64,000 bases of DNA from Candidatus Nitrospinota bacterium M3_3B_026 (GTDB lineage Bacteria; Nitrospinota_A; UBA7883; JBPRGF01): assembly GCA_051418015.1 (NCBI GenBank), contig JBPRGF010000033.1, forward strand, positions 352,001-416,000, written 5' to 3'. Numbering within the stretch: the stretch's first letter is position 1; the number at the start of each line of letters is the position of its first letter. Position numbers and translations under genes: made by a program. The notes under the pieces are model-generated. The model was not told where the DNA came from. It ran no database searches and saw nothing but the letters and a program-made list of their open reading frames with translations. Below are positions 50,087 through 61,054 of the stretch, piece after piece.

Positions 50087-50231
50087 CCCGGGCTTTCCTT
50101 CCATTGCGCCTCCTTCGGACCAGAAGCCTATTCCCCTTGGCGGGGGAACCCCCTTTTCAGATGTTCGGATGAAATATCCTCTTTAACATACGCTTTGGGA
50201 TCGAGTATCATTCCCTTCTGGTTTTTTGAAA

Positions 50232-51359
50232 ATGAAAATACCTTTTACCGACATCAAGGCGCAATTCGCGAGGGTCGAGAAGAACGTCCGCGAGAGAGTC
50301 GACCGGGTTTTCGAGCACGGGCGGTTCATCCTCGGGCCCGAAGTCTTCGAGCTGGAAGAGAAGCTTGCCGATTACGCCGGTGTGAAGCGCGCCGTGGCCT
50401 GTTCTTCGGGAACCGACGCGCTGCTCCTGCCGCTGATGGCCATCGGCGCAGGGCCGGGCGACGCTGTGTTTTGCCCGGTGTTCACCTTCATCGCCACGGC
50501 GGAGGCGGCAGCCCTGACAGGCGCCACTCCGGTCTTCGTCGATATCGACCCGGACACCTTCAACATCGACCCCGGGAAGCTGGCCGAAGCCGTGGACAGG
50601 GTGAAAAGGGAGGGAAAGCTTGCGCCCAGGGCGGTGATCCCCGTGGACCTTTTCGGCCTGCCGGCCGACTACGATGCCATCGCGCAGGTGGCGAGGGAGA
50701 CCGGGCTTTTCGTTCTGGCGGACGCGGCGCAAAGCTTCGGCGGCGTTTATAAGGGAAAGCGGGCCGGAAGCCTTGGGGACGCCGCGGCGACGAGCTTTTT
50801 CCCCGCCAAGCCGCTCGGATGCTACGGCGACGGGGGGGCGGTTTTCACCGACGATGACAAGCTGGCCGACAGGCTTGTCTCCATCCGCGTCCACGGCCAG
50901 GGAGAGAACAAGTACGACAACGTGAGGCTCGGCCTCAACGCCAGGCTGGACACCATACAGGCGGCCGTGCTGCTGGCCAGGCTGGAGGTTTTCGACGACG
51001 AGGTGGAAAAACGCCGCGAGGTGGCGGACCGCTACACGGAGGCCCTGGGGGACGCCGTGAAAACGCCCTCCGTCCCCGGCGGTCTGAAGAGCGCCTGGGC
51101 GCAGTATTCGGTCCTGTCCGGGCGGCGGGACGAGATGACGGATAACCTTGCGCGGGAAGGGATACCAACCGCGATCTACTATCCGAAACCTTTAAGTCTC
51201 CAAAAAGCTTTCGAGCGGCTGGGGCGCCGTGAGGGCGATTTCCCGGTGGCCGAGGCGACGTCGAAAAATATCCTCAGCCTGCCCATGAGCCCTTACATGG
51301 CGAAGGAGACTATAGACGTCATCGCGGACGCCGTAAGGAGGGCCGCCCGCGCGGGATGA
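50232..51359 (+). CDS. DegT/DnrJ/EryC1/StrS sugar aminotransferase
   Basis: FILGPEV, SSGTDAL, DAAQSFG, SFFPAKPLGCYGDGG. Confidence 0.92.
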   Translation: MKIPFTDIKAQFARVEKNVRERVDRVFEHGRFILGPEVFELEEKLADYAGVKRAVACSSGTDALLLPLMAIGAGPGDAVFCPVFTFIATAEAAALTGATPVFVDIDPDTFNIDPGKLAEAVDRVKREGKLAPRAVIPVDLFGLPADYDAIAQVARETGLFVLADAAQSFGGVYKGKRAGSLGDAAATSFFPAKPLGCYGDGGAVFTDDDKLADRLVSIRVHGQGENKYDNVRLGLNARLDTIQAAVLLARLEVFDDEVEKRREVADRYTEALGDAVKTPSVPGGLKSAWAQYSVLSGRRDEMTDNLAREGIPTAIYYPKPLSLQKAFERLGRREGDFPVAEATSKNILSLPMSPYMAKETIDVIADAVRRAARAG

Positions 51360-51377
51360 CGCGCCTCCGGCTGGCGG

Positions 51378-51995
51378 TTATTCGCCTTTGAGCTTCGCGC
51401 CCAGGATACTCCTGGACCTCAAAAGCTCCACGACCATGTCCGCGCATTCGTCAACCGTCAGCTTGTCCGTATCCAGGACCAGCTCCGGCTTCAGGGGCTC
51501 TTCGTATGGGGAGGATATGCCGGTGAATTCCGATATCTCGCCTGCGCGGGCGCGTTTGTACAACCCCTTGACATCCCTTTTTTCACAGACTTCCAGAGGA
51601 CAGCGGCAATAGACCTCGAAAAACTCCCCGTGGGGAACCATGCTTCTCACTCTCTCCCTGTCCGAGCGATAAGGGGAGATGAAAGAAGCGAAGGTCAGCA
51701 CACCCGCCTCAAGGAAAAGCTTGGCCCCCTCCCCAATGCGCCTGAGGTTCTCGTGACGGTCCTCGGCTGTGAAACCGAGGTCCGAGCAAAGCCCGTGGCG
51801 GACATTGTCGCCGTCCATGACGAAGGTATGGCAGCCCATCTTGTGGAGCTTCTCCTCCGTGGCGTGGGATATTGTGGATTTGCCCGCCCCGGAAAGGCCA
51901 GTAAGCCACACTATCGCGCTCTTGTGCCCGTGCAGGTTTTCCCTGTCTTCGCGTTTCACCGTGGCGTGATGCCAGACCGTGTTTTCGCTCGCCAC
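51378..51995 (-). CDS. cysC: Adenylyl-sulfate kinase
   Basis: WLTGLSGAGKST, DGDNVRHGL, FISPY, RDVKGLY, FTGISSPYE. Confidence 0.96.
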   Translation of the reverse strand: MASENTVWHHATVKREDRENLHGHKSAIVWLTGLSGAGKSTISHATEEKLHKMGCHTFVMDGDNVRHGLCSDLGFTAEDRHENLRRIGEGAKLFLEAGVLTFASFISPYRSDRERVRSMVPHGEFFEVYCRCPLEVCEKRDVKGLYKRARAGEISEFTGISSPYEEPLKPELVLDTDKLTVDECADMVVELLRSRSILGAKLKGE

Positions 51996-52148
51996 CTGAT
52001 AAATCTCCCAGCAATTGAAGGTTTGCGATGCTGTAAATCAGCATAATTCAAAAGGTTAGGTCGGGCAAGGATAGCACGGTCCCGGCGAGGGTGTCAACAT
52101 TTTACCCCCTTTGCTCCGGGCGTTCGTCCCGGCGGGCCGGGACGAACG

Positions 52149-52664
52149 TCACTCCCGCCCTTCGTCCCCGCCGGGGATGAACCGCAGGGCGACGCCGTTG
52201 TTGCAGTAGCGTTTGCCCGTGGGAGGCGGGCCATCGTTGAACACGTGCCCCTGGTGGCCGCCGCAACGGGCGCAGTGATACTCCCTCCGGGGGTATATCA
52301 GCTTGAAGTCGAGCCTGGTCTCCACGTTGCCCTCGACGGCCCTGAAAAAGCTCGGCCACCCGGTTCCGCTGTCATACTTCATCTCCGAGGTGAAAAGCTC
52401 CAGACCGCAGGCGGCGCAGACGTAGATACCTTCTCGTTTTTCGTCGTGAAGCGGGCTAGAAAAAGCCCTCTCCGTCCCCTCTTCGCGCAGGACATGATAC
52501 TGCTCGGGGGTCAGTATCTTTTTCCATTCCTCGTCCGTCTTGCGGATTCTTGTTATCATCCGGCCCTCGCCTTCATTTTCCGCCATGGAGCCCCCGGCCG
52601 TCATGACGACCAGCCCTGACCCCAATGCTACCAGAAAAGCTCTTCTATTCATCATGGCCGTCAC
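52149..52664 (-). CDS. msrB: Peptide-methionine (R)-S-oxide reductase with Tat-like signal
   Basis: NRRAFL leader; GTERAF, CAAC, SGTGWPSF, CARC.GHQGHVF.DGP, RYCNN. Confidence 0.93.
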   Translation of the reverse strand: MTAMMNRRAFLVALGSGLVVMTAGGSMAENEGEGRMITRIRKTDEEWKKILTPEQYHVLREEGTERAFSSPLHDEKREGIYVCAACGLELFTSEMKYDSGTGWPSFFRAVEGNVETRLDFKLIYPRREYHCARCGGHQGHVFNDGPPPTGKRYCNNGVALRFIPGGDEGRE

Positions 52665-53283
52665 TCCCCCACAACTCCCGCAGTCGCTTGTCGCGCCCGC
52701 AGTTGTAGCGGTAGAACTTGTAGCGTATCGGATTTTTCCTGTAATAGTCCTGGTGATAATCCTCGGCGGGATAAAACTCCGTGGCGGGCCTGATTTCGGT
52801 CACTGTCGGCGCCGCGAGGACGCCCGACTCCTCCAGCGTTTTTTTTGACTCTTCGGCCAGCCGCTTCTGGTCTTCGTCCATGTAAAAAATCGCAGAGCGG
52901 TACTGCGGCCCGTGGTCGCAGAACTGCCCGGAGTTGTCAGTAGGGTCTATGTTTTTCCAGAAAACCTCCAGCAGACGCTCGTAGCTTGTCTTTTGGGGGT
53001 CGTAAACAATCCTGACGGCCTCCACATGCCCCGTGCCGCCGGACGACACTTCGCGGTAGGTGGGGTTTTCCTTGTGGCCGCCCGTGTACCCGGAAGTGGT
53101 GGAGACAACGCCCTCCAGCTTGTCGAAGGGAGGCTCCATGCACCAGAAACAGCCTCCAGCGAATATCGCCGTCTCGGAGTCCATCGCGTCAGCCTCTTGC
53201 AGGACGCCTCCGGCCGCAACCAGCATTGCCATCATGAAGCCGACCACGGCCGATCCCGCCCGGCCCGGAGTTCGATAATCCAT
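52645..53283 (-). CDS. msrA: Peptide-methionine (S)-S-oxide reductase with signal peptide
   Basis: AGGCFWC, TGHVE, QYRSAIF, FYPAEDYHQDY. Confidence 0.94.
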   Translation of the reverse strand: MDYRTPGRAGSAVVGFMMAMLVAAGGVLQEADAMDSETAIFAGGCFWCMEPPFDKLEGVVSTTSGYTGGHKENPTYREVSSGGTGHVEAVRIVYDPQKTSYERLLEVFWKNIDPTDNSGQFCDHGPQYRSAIFYMDEDQKRLAEESKKTLEESGVLAAPTVTEIRPATEFYPAEDYHQDYYRKNPIRYKFYRYNCGRDKRLRELWGSDGHDE

Positions 53284-53494
53284 TCTTCACTCCCTTTTTC
53301 ATTATACCCCACGCTGTTTTTCAGTTGTTCTTTGTTTCAGCCGAAACGCGCGCAATGAAAACATGCCTGTCCCGGCCCGATAGCCGAATCCAGAAGACTT
53401 TCCCAGAGTGGGGAATTGCGGGATTTGGGGCAAGCGAGGACAAGATTCCGTTGCCATATTACTTTAACTTCGGCGGGATTATTCGTTGAAAAAA

Positions 53495-53570
53495 TGGCGC
53501 CCCCGGCAGGACTCGAACCTGCGGCCTACGGATTAGGAATCCGGCGCTCTATCCACTGAGCTACGGGGGC
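53495..53570 (-). tRNA. tRNA-Arg(CCT)
   Basis: Minus strand GCCCCCGTAGCTCAGTGGATAGAGC..TT-CCT-AA..GGTTCGAGTCC..GGGGGCGCCA; 76 nt with encoded CCA. Confidence 0.95.
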
Positions 53571-53617
53571 TCCCGATTGACCGCCTAATATATCATGCCT
53601 TTGCACACTCTTCACTA

Positions 53618-53990
53618 TCATACTGCGGCTTTCAGCATCACGAGTGCGGGATTTTTGCGGGACTCATCCCCGCACACCTTGCCCGTAGCGGCGATCAGGT
53701 TCCCGAGCTCCGCCGCCGAGTAGTAGGTCGTAACCCTCGTCGATACGTGCCCGAGCAGATCCTGCCGATCCTCGAACGATACACCAGCGGCCCGCGCAGC
53801 CTTCGCCCGAACGTGCGCCTGAGGCCGTGCACGCGCGTTTTCGGCAATCCCGCCACTTCACGAGCCCTTTTCCTCGCGCTGTTGTTCATCCGGCCAGCGG
53901 GCTGCCGCGATACGTGAAAACATACTCAGTATGCTCGCCTCGCACACCCCCGGCAACCTCCCGCGCGACGTGGTTGAGAACAACGAGCCG
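53618..53990 (-). pseudogene. Tyrosine integrase C-terminal relic with two frameshifts
   Basis: RLVVLN..YVFTY / MNNS..RVHGLRRTFGRRLR / AAGVSFEDRQDLLGH...TTYYSAAEL in shifted frames. Confidence 0.85.
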
Positions 53991-54099
53991 GGGACGCGCT
54001 GGCGGTGGATGTTTCGTCCTCCCGGCGTCCTGTGCCAAAGGCGTGAATTTACGTTATAATCCTGCCTCTGGTAAATCCATCATGCTCCGGTAAGAAAAA

Positions 54100-55908
54100 A
54101 TGAAGCGTTCCGAGGACATCCCCGCCCTGCTCAGATTCCTGGCCGCCCCTCTTGCTGTCATTTTCCTGTACCTGTCCGCTCGCTGGACAATAAAGCCGGA
54201 GGGGTTTTTCGCAGCCATCCTCGACGCAGCGCTGGTGTTCGGGTTGATCGGGGGAGTCCTCGCCTCCTGGAGGCTCCGCATCAGGCCCGTGACGGACAGG
54301 ATACAAGAGCATGTTGAAAATCTGGCCAGGCCGCGCGCCTACCTGGACAAGCCACTGGAGAATCCCGGCGGCGAGCTTTCTTCCGTCGTGGACGCCGTGA
54401 ACAGCCTGCAACGGCTCATAAACGACACCAACACCAGGATAAGCTCGGCTGTCATGCGTTTTTTGCCGAAGCTTCTGGGGATGGCGTTGCTTATCGATGA
54501 GCGGGCGGCGGACTCCGCCAAGGAGCGCGACGAGGCGATGACCCTATCCTCGGCGGCGGAGCAGATGACCAACACCATGACGACGATAGCCGAGCACGTC
54601 AAAAGCGCCGAGAAAGCCGCCGAAAGCTCACACAGGAACATACTTGCCACGCTGGAGGAGTTTTCGGAGTGCAAGACACGCGTGAGAGGATCCATGGAGG
54701 GGATGGCCGAGATGTCCGAAAGCGTGCGCGATGTCACGAAAAACGCCGAGGCCATAACGGAGGTGGTGGAGATCATAGAAGACCTGGCCGACCAGACGAA
54801 CCTGCTGGCGCTGAACGCCTCCATAGAGGCCTCCCGCGCGGGCGAATGGGGCAAAGGATTCGCCGTGGTGGCCGAGGAGATCAGGAAACTGGCCGAAAAG
54901 GCCACGAACTCCGCCGGACTCATAAGGGAGATCGTCCTGGAAAGCGAGGAGCGGATCCAGGGTATGGCCGGAAGGTTCGACGAGTTCACCACCGGGTTGA
55001 GGGAGACGCTGGAGAGTTTTTCGAGGGTAGGCGCCCTGCTGGACGAGACGGCGAAGGTGGTGACCTCGGTCAACGACATGTCACAGTCCGTGCGAAGCGC
55101 GGTGACCGAGCAGAACAGGACCAGCGATTACCTGAACCAGATGCGCTCCAGGATGCGCGCGCGGATTGACTACGCCGCCGCGAGGATGGAGACGTTGCGC
55201 GAGTCGCTGAGGGAGACCGCCACGGTGGTCAGCGAAATGGGCGCGAAGACCATCCTCCTGCACTCCGGCGCCAGCTACCTTTCGCGCCTGGCTGAGGTCA
55301 GCGAGCACTACGGGAAGAAGGTGGCCGAACAGGTGGAAAAGCAGGTCCGGGAAGGCGCCGTGAACGTCGAGGACCTGCGGCGATCGCCGGGGACGACCGT
55401 ACAGGTGGGACAGAAAGACCACTTCCCCTCGCGCTACCGCGTTGTGGAGAAGGGGGAGCTGCGGGGAACTCCGGTCGTCGAGACGCCGTGGTACAAGGCT
55501 TTCGGGGAGTTTTTACCATCGATCAACAGGTCGGCGATGGCGGAGCTGGAGAAAAACCATTCCAGGCCCAAGGTGAACGGAGCCGAGATGCGCATAAAGT
55601 TTCTCTTCGCCCTCTTCTGCGACGTGAACGGCTACGTCCCCTACAACGTGGACCGCTACGAGCTGCCCATGGACCCTGCCACCCCGCCGGAGGAGAACGC
55701 CAGGCGCTACCGGGGGCGCAGGATTTTCAACGACCCCGTAGGGTACATGGCCGGAGCCTCCACAGAGCCTGTCCGGCTGGATATATACTTCCGCGAGGAC
55801 ACCGGCGAGATACTGCCCCACGTCTCCACGCCGGTTTTCATAAACATCGACGCAGAGAGGATACACATCGGCGGATTCCGGATCGGCTTCAAGGCGGCGG
55901 AGGCTTGA
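54100..55908 (+). CDS. Methyl-accepting chemotaxis protein with extra C-terminal domain
   Basis: Two close TMs; [37 protein letters not shown]-terminal D.NGYVP..RRIFND..DTGE. Confidence 0.9.
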   Translation: MKRSEDIPALLRFLAAPLAVIFLYLSARWTIKPEGFFAAILDAALVFGLIGGVLASWRLRIRPVTDRIQEHVENLARPRAYLDKPLENPGGELSSVVDAVNSLQRLINDTNTRISSAVMRFLPKLLGMALLIDERAADSAKERDEAMTLSSAAEQMTNTMTTIAEHVKSAEKAAESSHRNILATLEEFSECKTRVRGSMEGMAEMSESVRDVTKNAEAITEVVEIIEDLADQTNLLALNASIEASRAGEWGKGFAVVAEEIRKLAEKATNSAGLIREIVLESEERIQGMAGRFDEFTTGLRETLESFSRVGALLDETAKVVTSVNDMSQSVRSAVTEQNRTSDYLNQMRSRMRARIDYAAARMETLRESLRETATVVSEMGAKTILLHSGASYLSRLAEVSEHYGKKVAEQVEKQVREGAVNVEDLRRSPGTTVQVGQKDHFPSRYRVVEKGELRGTPVVETPWYKAFGEFLPSINRSAMAELEKNHSRPKVNGAEMRIKFLFALFCDVNGYVPYNVDRYELPMDPATPPEENARRYRGRRIFNDPVGYMAGASTEPVRLDIYFREDTGEILPHVSTPVFINIDAERIHIGGFRIGFKAAEA

Positions 55909-55928
55909 GCCCCCGCGTTCAATACGTC

Positions 55929-55957
55929 TTGACCGGGCTTTTCACGCCCTGTATCGT
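55929..55957 (+). promoter_or_regulatory. sigma70-type promoter
   Basis: TTGACC-N17-TATCGT, 7 nt before ATG 55965. Confidence 0.55.
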
Positions 55958-55964
55958 AGCTTTC

Positions 55965-56348
55965 ATGAACATACGCGAGCTCCGGGAAAAACACCGGCTG
56001 GACACAAAACAGCTCGGCCAGCTAATGCGCGGGCTGGACTCCATGCGCAAAAGCGGCAACCGCGCGCCGGACTTCTGGGACGACGTGGGCGCCCTTTTCC
56101 GGGAAAAATATCCCGGCTCCAGCGAGGAGCGCGAAGCGAAGCAGGCGTGGTTCGAAGACATACTGAAGTTCATCCAGCGCCACGGCAGGAGCCTGATCGA
56201 AGCGGACTATATACGCTCCGACGAGGGCACGGTCTCGATCAACGAAGACCTCATGGGCGCCCTCGTGAACGCGAGGCTGCGGGATGAGCCGGACGAGGAA
56301 GGAGTCCGGCTCGATGGAAAATCCGTCCTGGAAAAACTCGCCGACTGA
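55965..56348 (+). CDS. Hypothetical protein (127 aa)
   Basis: Fills the intergenic gap, host-like codon usage, promoter directly upstream. Confidence 0.65.
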   Translation: MNIRELREKHRLDTKQLGQLMRGLDSMRKSGNRAPDFWDDVGALFREKYPGSSEEREAKQAWFEDILKFIQRHGRSLIEADYIRSDEGTVSINEDLMGALVNARLRDEPDEEGVRLDGKSVLEKLAD

Positions 56349-56436
56349 CAGCCACTGTTTCTTGACCGGCCGCCCCGGCCGTGGATAAACTGTCCTGACC
56401 TAGCAAGGTCAACGAAAACGAGAATGAGGCCCGGCC

Positions 56437-58710
56437 ATGAGCAAGAGCATAGAGCTGACCCCCGAGCTTGTCGACAAGGTATATACCCGTATGGAGCAGA
56501 CCCTTTCGCTCGTCCGCTCCCGCCTGAACAGGCCCATGACCCTGGCGGAGAAAATCCTGCTGGGCCACCTGGAGAACCCTGAAGGCCAGGAGCTTAGAAG
56601 AGGCGAAAGCTACCTGAAGCTGCGGCCCGACCGGGTGATAATGCAGGACGCCACGGCGCAGATGGCCCTGTTGCAGTTCATCAGCGCCGGGATACCCGAG
56701 GCCGCCGTCCCCGCCACGGTTCATTGCGACCATCTCGTCCGCGCCCGCGAAGGCGCCGCGAAAGATCTTGCGGCGGCGAACACGGACAACGCCGAGGTCT
56801 ACGAGTTTTTAAGGACCGTATCGGCCAAGTACGGCATCGGCTTCTGGAAGCCCGGCTCCGGGATCATCCACCAGGTGGCCCTGGAGCGCTACGCCTTTCC
56901 CGGGCAGATGATGATCGGGACGGATTCGCACACCGTCAACGCCGGAGGCATGGGGATGATCGCCATTGGCGTCGGCGGCGCTGACGCTGTGGATGTCCTC
57001 GTGGGGATGCCATGGGAGGTGCTCTTCCCGAGGGTCATCGGTGTGAAGCTCACCGGCAAGCTGCAGGGCTGGGCCGCGCCGAAGGACGTGATCCTCAAGC
57101 TGGCCGGTATTCTCTCCGCCAAGGGCGGCACGAACCATATCGTGGAGTATTTCGGGCCGGGGGCGGAGTCGATCTCATGCACGGGCAAGGCGACGATCGC
57201 CAACATGGGCGCGGAGATCGGCGCGACGACATCGATATTTCCATACGACGAGAGGATGAAAACCTACCTCGACGCCACGGGCCGGGCGTTCTGCTCGGAA
57301 AAAGCGGACGAGATAGCCCACCTCCTGCGAGCCGACGAGGAGGTTGAGGCCGGCCCGGAGAAGTTTTATGACAGGGTGATAGAGATGGACCTTCACGAGC
57401 TGGAGCCGAACATCGTCGGCCCCCACTCGCCGGACATCGCCCACCCGGTCTCCCGCATGGCCGAGGACTCGGAAAAGGAGGGCTACCCGGAAAAGATCAC
57501 CGCCGCGCTGATCGGCTCGTGCACGAACTCCTCCTACGAGGACATCACGAGGGCCGCCGACGTAGCCCGCCAGGCGGCGGAGCGCGGAGTGAAAATGAGC
57601 ATACCCTTCCTTATAACCCCAGGCTCGCAGATGATAAAAGCCACAATCGAGCGCGACGGTCTCATGGAAGACTTCGAGAAAATCGGCGGCAGGGTCCTGG
57701 CGAACGCCTGCGGGCCATGCATCGGCCAATGGACACGCGAGGACGTGAAAAAAGACGAGCTGAATTCGATAATCACGTCGTTCAACAGGAATTTCCCGAA
57801 ACGCAACGACGGCAACCCCAAGACCCATGCCTTCATCGGCAGCCCGGAGATCGTCGTAGCTTACGGCCTGGCGGGAACGCTCAAGTTCAACCCGCTCGAA
57901 GATGAAATAAAGGCGGACGGCGCCTCCTTTGTCCTGAACCCGCCGCCGCCGGCGCCGGAGATACCGCCCGGAGGTTTTGTGATGGACGAGGAGGGGTATA
58001 TCCCCCCCGCCGACGACCCGGGCTCCGTATCTGTCGCAGTCAACCCGGAAAGCGAAAGGCTCCATATCCTGGAGCCCTTCGAGCCGTGGGACGGGAAGGA
58101 TTTCGAGGATCTGCCCATATTGCTGAAGGCGAAGGGTAAATGCACGACGGATCACATAAGCCCCGCCGGGCCGTGGCTCAAGTTCCGCGGCCATCTGGAC
58201 AACATATCGGACAACATGTTCACCGGAGCCATGAACGCCTTCACCGGCGAGACGGGAACGGGGGCCAACGTCATCACCGAAGAGACCGGAAAACCTTTTC
58301 AGGAGATCGCCCGCGACTACAAGTCCAAGGGACAACGCTGGGTGGTGGTCGGCGACGAGAACTACGGCGAAGGCTCCTCCCGGGAGCACGCGGCGATGTC
58401 GCCCCGGTTCCTGGGCGCCGCCGCAGTCCTGGTTCGCTCCTTCGCCCGCATCCACGAGGCGAACCTTAAAAAACAGGGCGTCCTGCCGCTGACCTTCGCC
58501 GACCCGGCGGATTACGACAAGGTGGCCGAGCGCGACAGTGTCTCGATCCGCGGCCTTTCGGAGCTTGCGCCGGGCAGGCCGGTCACCGTGGTGTTGAAGC
58601 ATGAGGACGGCTCGGAAGAGGCCTTCGAGGCCATGCACAGCCTGAACGAGGAGCAGATAGAGTGGTTCAAGGCCGGCTCCGCGCTGAATCGCATCAGGGC
58701 TGCGTCGTAA
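56437..58710 (+). CDS. Aconitate hydratase, mitochondrial-like type
   Basis: [63 protein letters not shown]. Confidence 0.93.
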   Translation: MSKSIELTPELVDKVYTRMEQTLSLVRSRLNRPMTLAEKILLGHLENPEGQELRRGESYLKLRPDRVIMQDATAQMALLQFISAGIPEAAVPATVHCDHLVRAREGAAKDLAAANTDNAEVYEFLRTVSAKYGIGFWKPGSGIIHQVALERYAFPGQMMIGTDSHTVNAGGMGMIAIGVGGADAVDVLVGMPWEVLFPRVIGVKLTGKLQGWAAPKDVILKLAGILSAKGGTNHIVEYFGPGAESISCTGKATIANMGAEIGATTSIFPYDERMKTYLDATGRAFCSEKADEIAHLLRADEEVEAGPEKFYDRVIEMDLHELEPNIVGPHSPDIAHPVSRMAEDSEKEGYPEKITAALIGSCTNSSYEDITRAADVARQAAERGVKMSIPFLITPGSQMIKATIERDGLMEDFEKIGGRVLANACGPCIGQWTREDVKKDELNSIITSFNRNFPKRNDGNPKTHAFIGSPEIVVAYGLAGTLKFNPLEDEIKADGASFVLNPPPPAPEIPPGGFVMDEEGYIPPADDPGSVSVAVNPESERLHILEPFEPWDGKDFEDLPILLKAKGKCTTDHISPAGPWLKFRGHLDNISDNMFTGAMNAFTGETGTGANVITEETGKPFQEIARDYKSKGQRWVVVGDENYGEGSSREHAAMSPRFLGAAAVLVRSFARIHEANLKKQGVLPLTFADPADYDKVAERDSVSIRGLSELAPGRPVTVVLKHEDGSEEAFEAMHSLNEEQIEWFKAGSALNRIRAAS

Positions 58711-58730
58711 ACGCGAGGTATCGCTTCTAA

Positions 58731-59561
58731 GTGACAGCGTCTTCCCTGGACTGGTTTACCAAAAACCGAGTGGAGACCTCGCCCGATCACGAGGATCGGG
58801 CGCTGCGCCCAAGATTTTTCCCTGCGCCGCCGGCCACGGCTCTTGACGCGGCGCGAAGGGCTGCAGAGAGCTTGCCCAGCTGGAAGCTGGCCTCGGCTGA
58901 CAAAGAACGCGTCAGGGCGGAGCGGGCGACGGGCCTTTTCCAGTTTATCGACGACATCGAGATATCCGTCGTTGCCCATCCGGCAGGCGCCATTATCTCC
59001 GCCAGAAGCGGCTCGCGGGTGGGCAAGGGGGACTTCGGCCAGAACAAGCGCAACATCGTGGAGTTGTTCGAGGCTGTCGGCGTCGAGTTGATGGACGAAA
59101 AACCTCCTAAAGGCTACGGTGGTCTCCTCTTCTGCCATTACACGGCCCATCCTTTCGAGAAGACCGCGCCGCTTTTCTTCGATCCGGAGTTTCTCCCTAA
59201 GATATCCCCGTCATGGACGGGTATCAGGATAGTGAGCAAGCCGGATCCCGTGAAGATCGGCGCGCGGATGAGGCTTTCCGTGGCGGGCATGTTCACCTGG
59301 GAGGTTCAGTTCATAGAGTGGAACCCGCCGCGCGCTTTCACCGACAGGCAGGTCAAGGGCCCATTCGAGGATTTTGTCCACCGCCACACCTTCGAGGCAA
59401 AGGCGGGCGGAACCGTGGTCTGCGATCGAGTGCACTACAAACACATGTTCGGCCAACTGGGCGCGGCGGCGGGAAGCTTCCTGACCGGAGGCAGGCTGGC
59501 CGCCCTGCTTGCGCAGAGAGGCGAGATGCTCGACGCTTACCTGGAGAGCGGCGGGATATGA
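58731..59561 (+). CDS. DUF1499-like + SRPBCC-like fusion protein
   Basis: F.FIDD..RSGSRVGKGDFGQNKR; then F.D.QVKGPF..F.HRH.F..GGT...DRV.Y. Confidence 0.7.
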   Translation: MTASSLDWFTKNRVETSPDHEDRALRPRFFPAPPATALDAARRAAESLPSWKLASADKERVRAERATGLFQFIDDIEISVVAHPAGAIISARSGSRVGKGDFGQNKRNIVELFEAVGVELMDEKPPKGYGGLLFCHYTAHPFEKTAPLFFDPEFLPKISPSWTGIRIVSKPDPVKIGARMRLSVAGMFTWEVQFIEWNPPRAFTDRQVKGPFEDFVHRHTFEAKAGGTVVCDRVHYKHMFGQLGAAAGSFLTGGRLAALLAQRGEMLDAYLESGGI

Positions 59562-61030
59562 GCGGGACGGACATCGCGGTACTGGCTGTCTACACGGCCG
59601 GGGTCACGGCGTTCGGCCTTTTTTTCTATCGCAGGGCAGGAAGCGCTGACGGTTTCACCAGGGCCGGGGGCAGGCTTCCGGGCTGGGTGGTCGGGCTTTC
59701 CATATTCGGAACGTACCTTTCCTCCATATCCTTCCTGGCGCTTCCAGGAAAGGCCTACTCGGCCAATTGGAACGCCTTCGCCTTCTCTCTTTCCCTCCCC
59801 TTCGCCGCGTGGGCGGCCACAAGGTGGTTCGCGCCGCTTTACCGGCAGACCGGCGATGTCTCCGCATATGCCTACCTGGAGAGGAGGTTTGGCCTGGGGC
59901 CGAGGATGTACGCCACCGCCTGCTATCTTTTGACGCAGCTCGCCAGGACGGGGACGATTCTCTTTCTCGTGGCGCTTGCGCTGCAGGGATTTACAGGTTG
60001 GGATATCGGCGTCATCATCATCGCGGCGGGCGTCCTGGTCACACTCTACACCGTTGTCGGGGGCATCGAGGCGGTGATATGGACAGACGCCATCCAGAGC
60101 GCCGTCCTGACCGCCGGGGCGCTGATCTGCGCGGTCATACTGATAACAGGCGCGGACGGACAGATCGCCGCCGCCTGGCCGGGGAAATTCTCGCTTGGCC
60201 CGTTCGAGCCGGATTTCACCAGCCAGACCTTCTGGGTGGTCTTCATCTACGGCATCGTGATAAACCTGCAGAACTTCGGGATCGACCAGTCCTACGTCCA
60301 GAGATACCAGACGGCCAGGTCGCTTGCCGACGTCCGGCGCTCGGTCTGGATAGGCGCGCTGGCTTATATCCCCGTCAGCGCTCTCTTCCTCTTCATCGGC
60401 TCGGCTCTTTTCGCCTGGTACGCGGCGCGGCCGGACCTTCTGCCCTCCGGCGTCGAGGGGGACAGGGTCTTCCCCCATTTCATCGCGACAGAGCTCCCGG
60501 AAGGTTTCAGGGGTCTTTTGATCGCCGCCCTGTTCGCCGCCGCCATGAGCTCCGTGGACAGCTCGCTGAACTCCTCGGCCACGATCCTGATGACGGACGT
60601 CTACCTGCGTTTTTTCAGGAAGAGCGCCAGTGAGCGGGAACGAATCCGTTTTCTCCGGCTGACCACCTTCCTGCTCGGCGCGGGAGGGACGGGGACGGCC
60701 CTTCTGATGATCTCCATCAAAAGCGCGCTGGACGCCTGGTGGTGGCTGGCGGGGATTTTTTCGGGCGGGATGCTGGGGCTTTTCCTGCTGGGAGCCTTTT
60801 CGAGACGGGCTGAATCCCCCCATGCCGTGGCCGCCGTGGCGGCGGGTCTTCTGGTGATCGCCTGGGCGGCCGCCTCGAAGGGTCTTGGCCTGCCTCTTGC
60901 CAGCCCCCTTCATCCGTTCATGACAACCGTTATCGGTACGGTGGTTATCTTTTTCGCGGGGTTTTCCCTTTCCCGGGGCCGCGAGAGGCGGAAAAAGATC
61001 CGCCCTGCCCAGACAGTCTTCGACTTGTAA
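59558..61030 (+). CDS. Sodium:solute symporter
   Basis: LSSISFL..PG, AY.YLERRF, GGIEAVIWTDAIQ, DQSYVQRY, AAAMSSVDSSLNS. Confidence 0.9.
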   Translation: MSGTDIAVLAVYTAGVTAFGLFFYRRAGSADGFTRAGGRLPGWVVGLSIFGTYLSSISFLALPGKAYSANWNAFAFSLSLPFAAWAATRWFAPLYRQTGDVSAYAYLERRFGLGPRMYATACYLLTQLARTGTILFLVALALQGFTGWDIGVIIIAAGVLVTLYTVVGGIEAVIWTDAIQSAVLTAGALICAVILITGADGQIAAAWPGKFSLGPFEPDFTSQTFWVVFIYGIVINLQNFGIDQSYVQRYQTARSLADVRRSVWIGALAYIPVSALFLFIGSALFAWYAARPDLLPSGVEGDRVFPHFIATELPEGFRGLLIAALFAAAMSSVDSSLNSSATILMTDVYLRFFRKSASERERIRFLRLTTFLLGAGGTGTALLMISIKSALDAWWWLAGIFSGGMLGLFLLGAFSRRAESPHAVAAVAAGLLVIAWAAASKGLGLPLASPLHPFMTTVIGTVVIFFAGFSLSRGRERRKKIRPAQTVFDL

Positions 61031-61054
61031 CGCCAAGCGTACTATATTTATTAA

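Noticed and set aside
52149..53283. Selenocysteine recoding in msrA/msrB
   Set aside because: Catalytic positions are ordinary Cys codons in uninterrupted frames.
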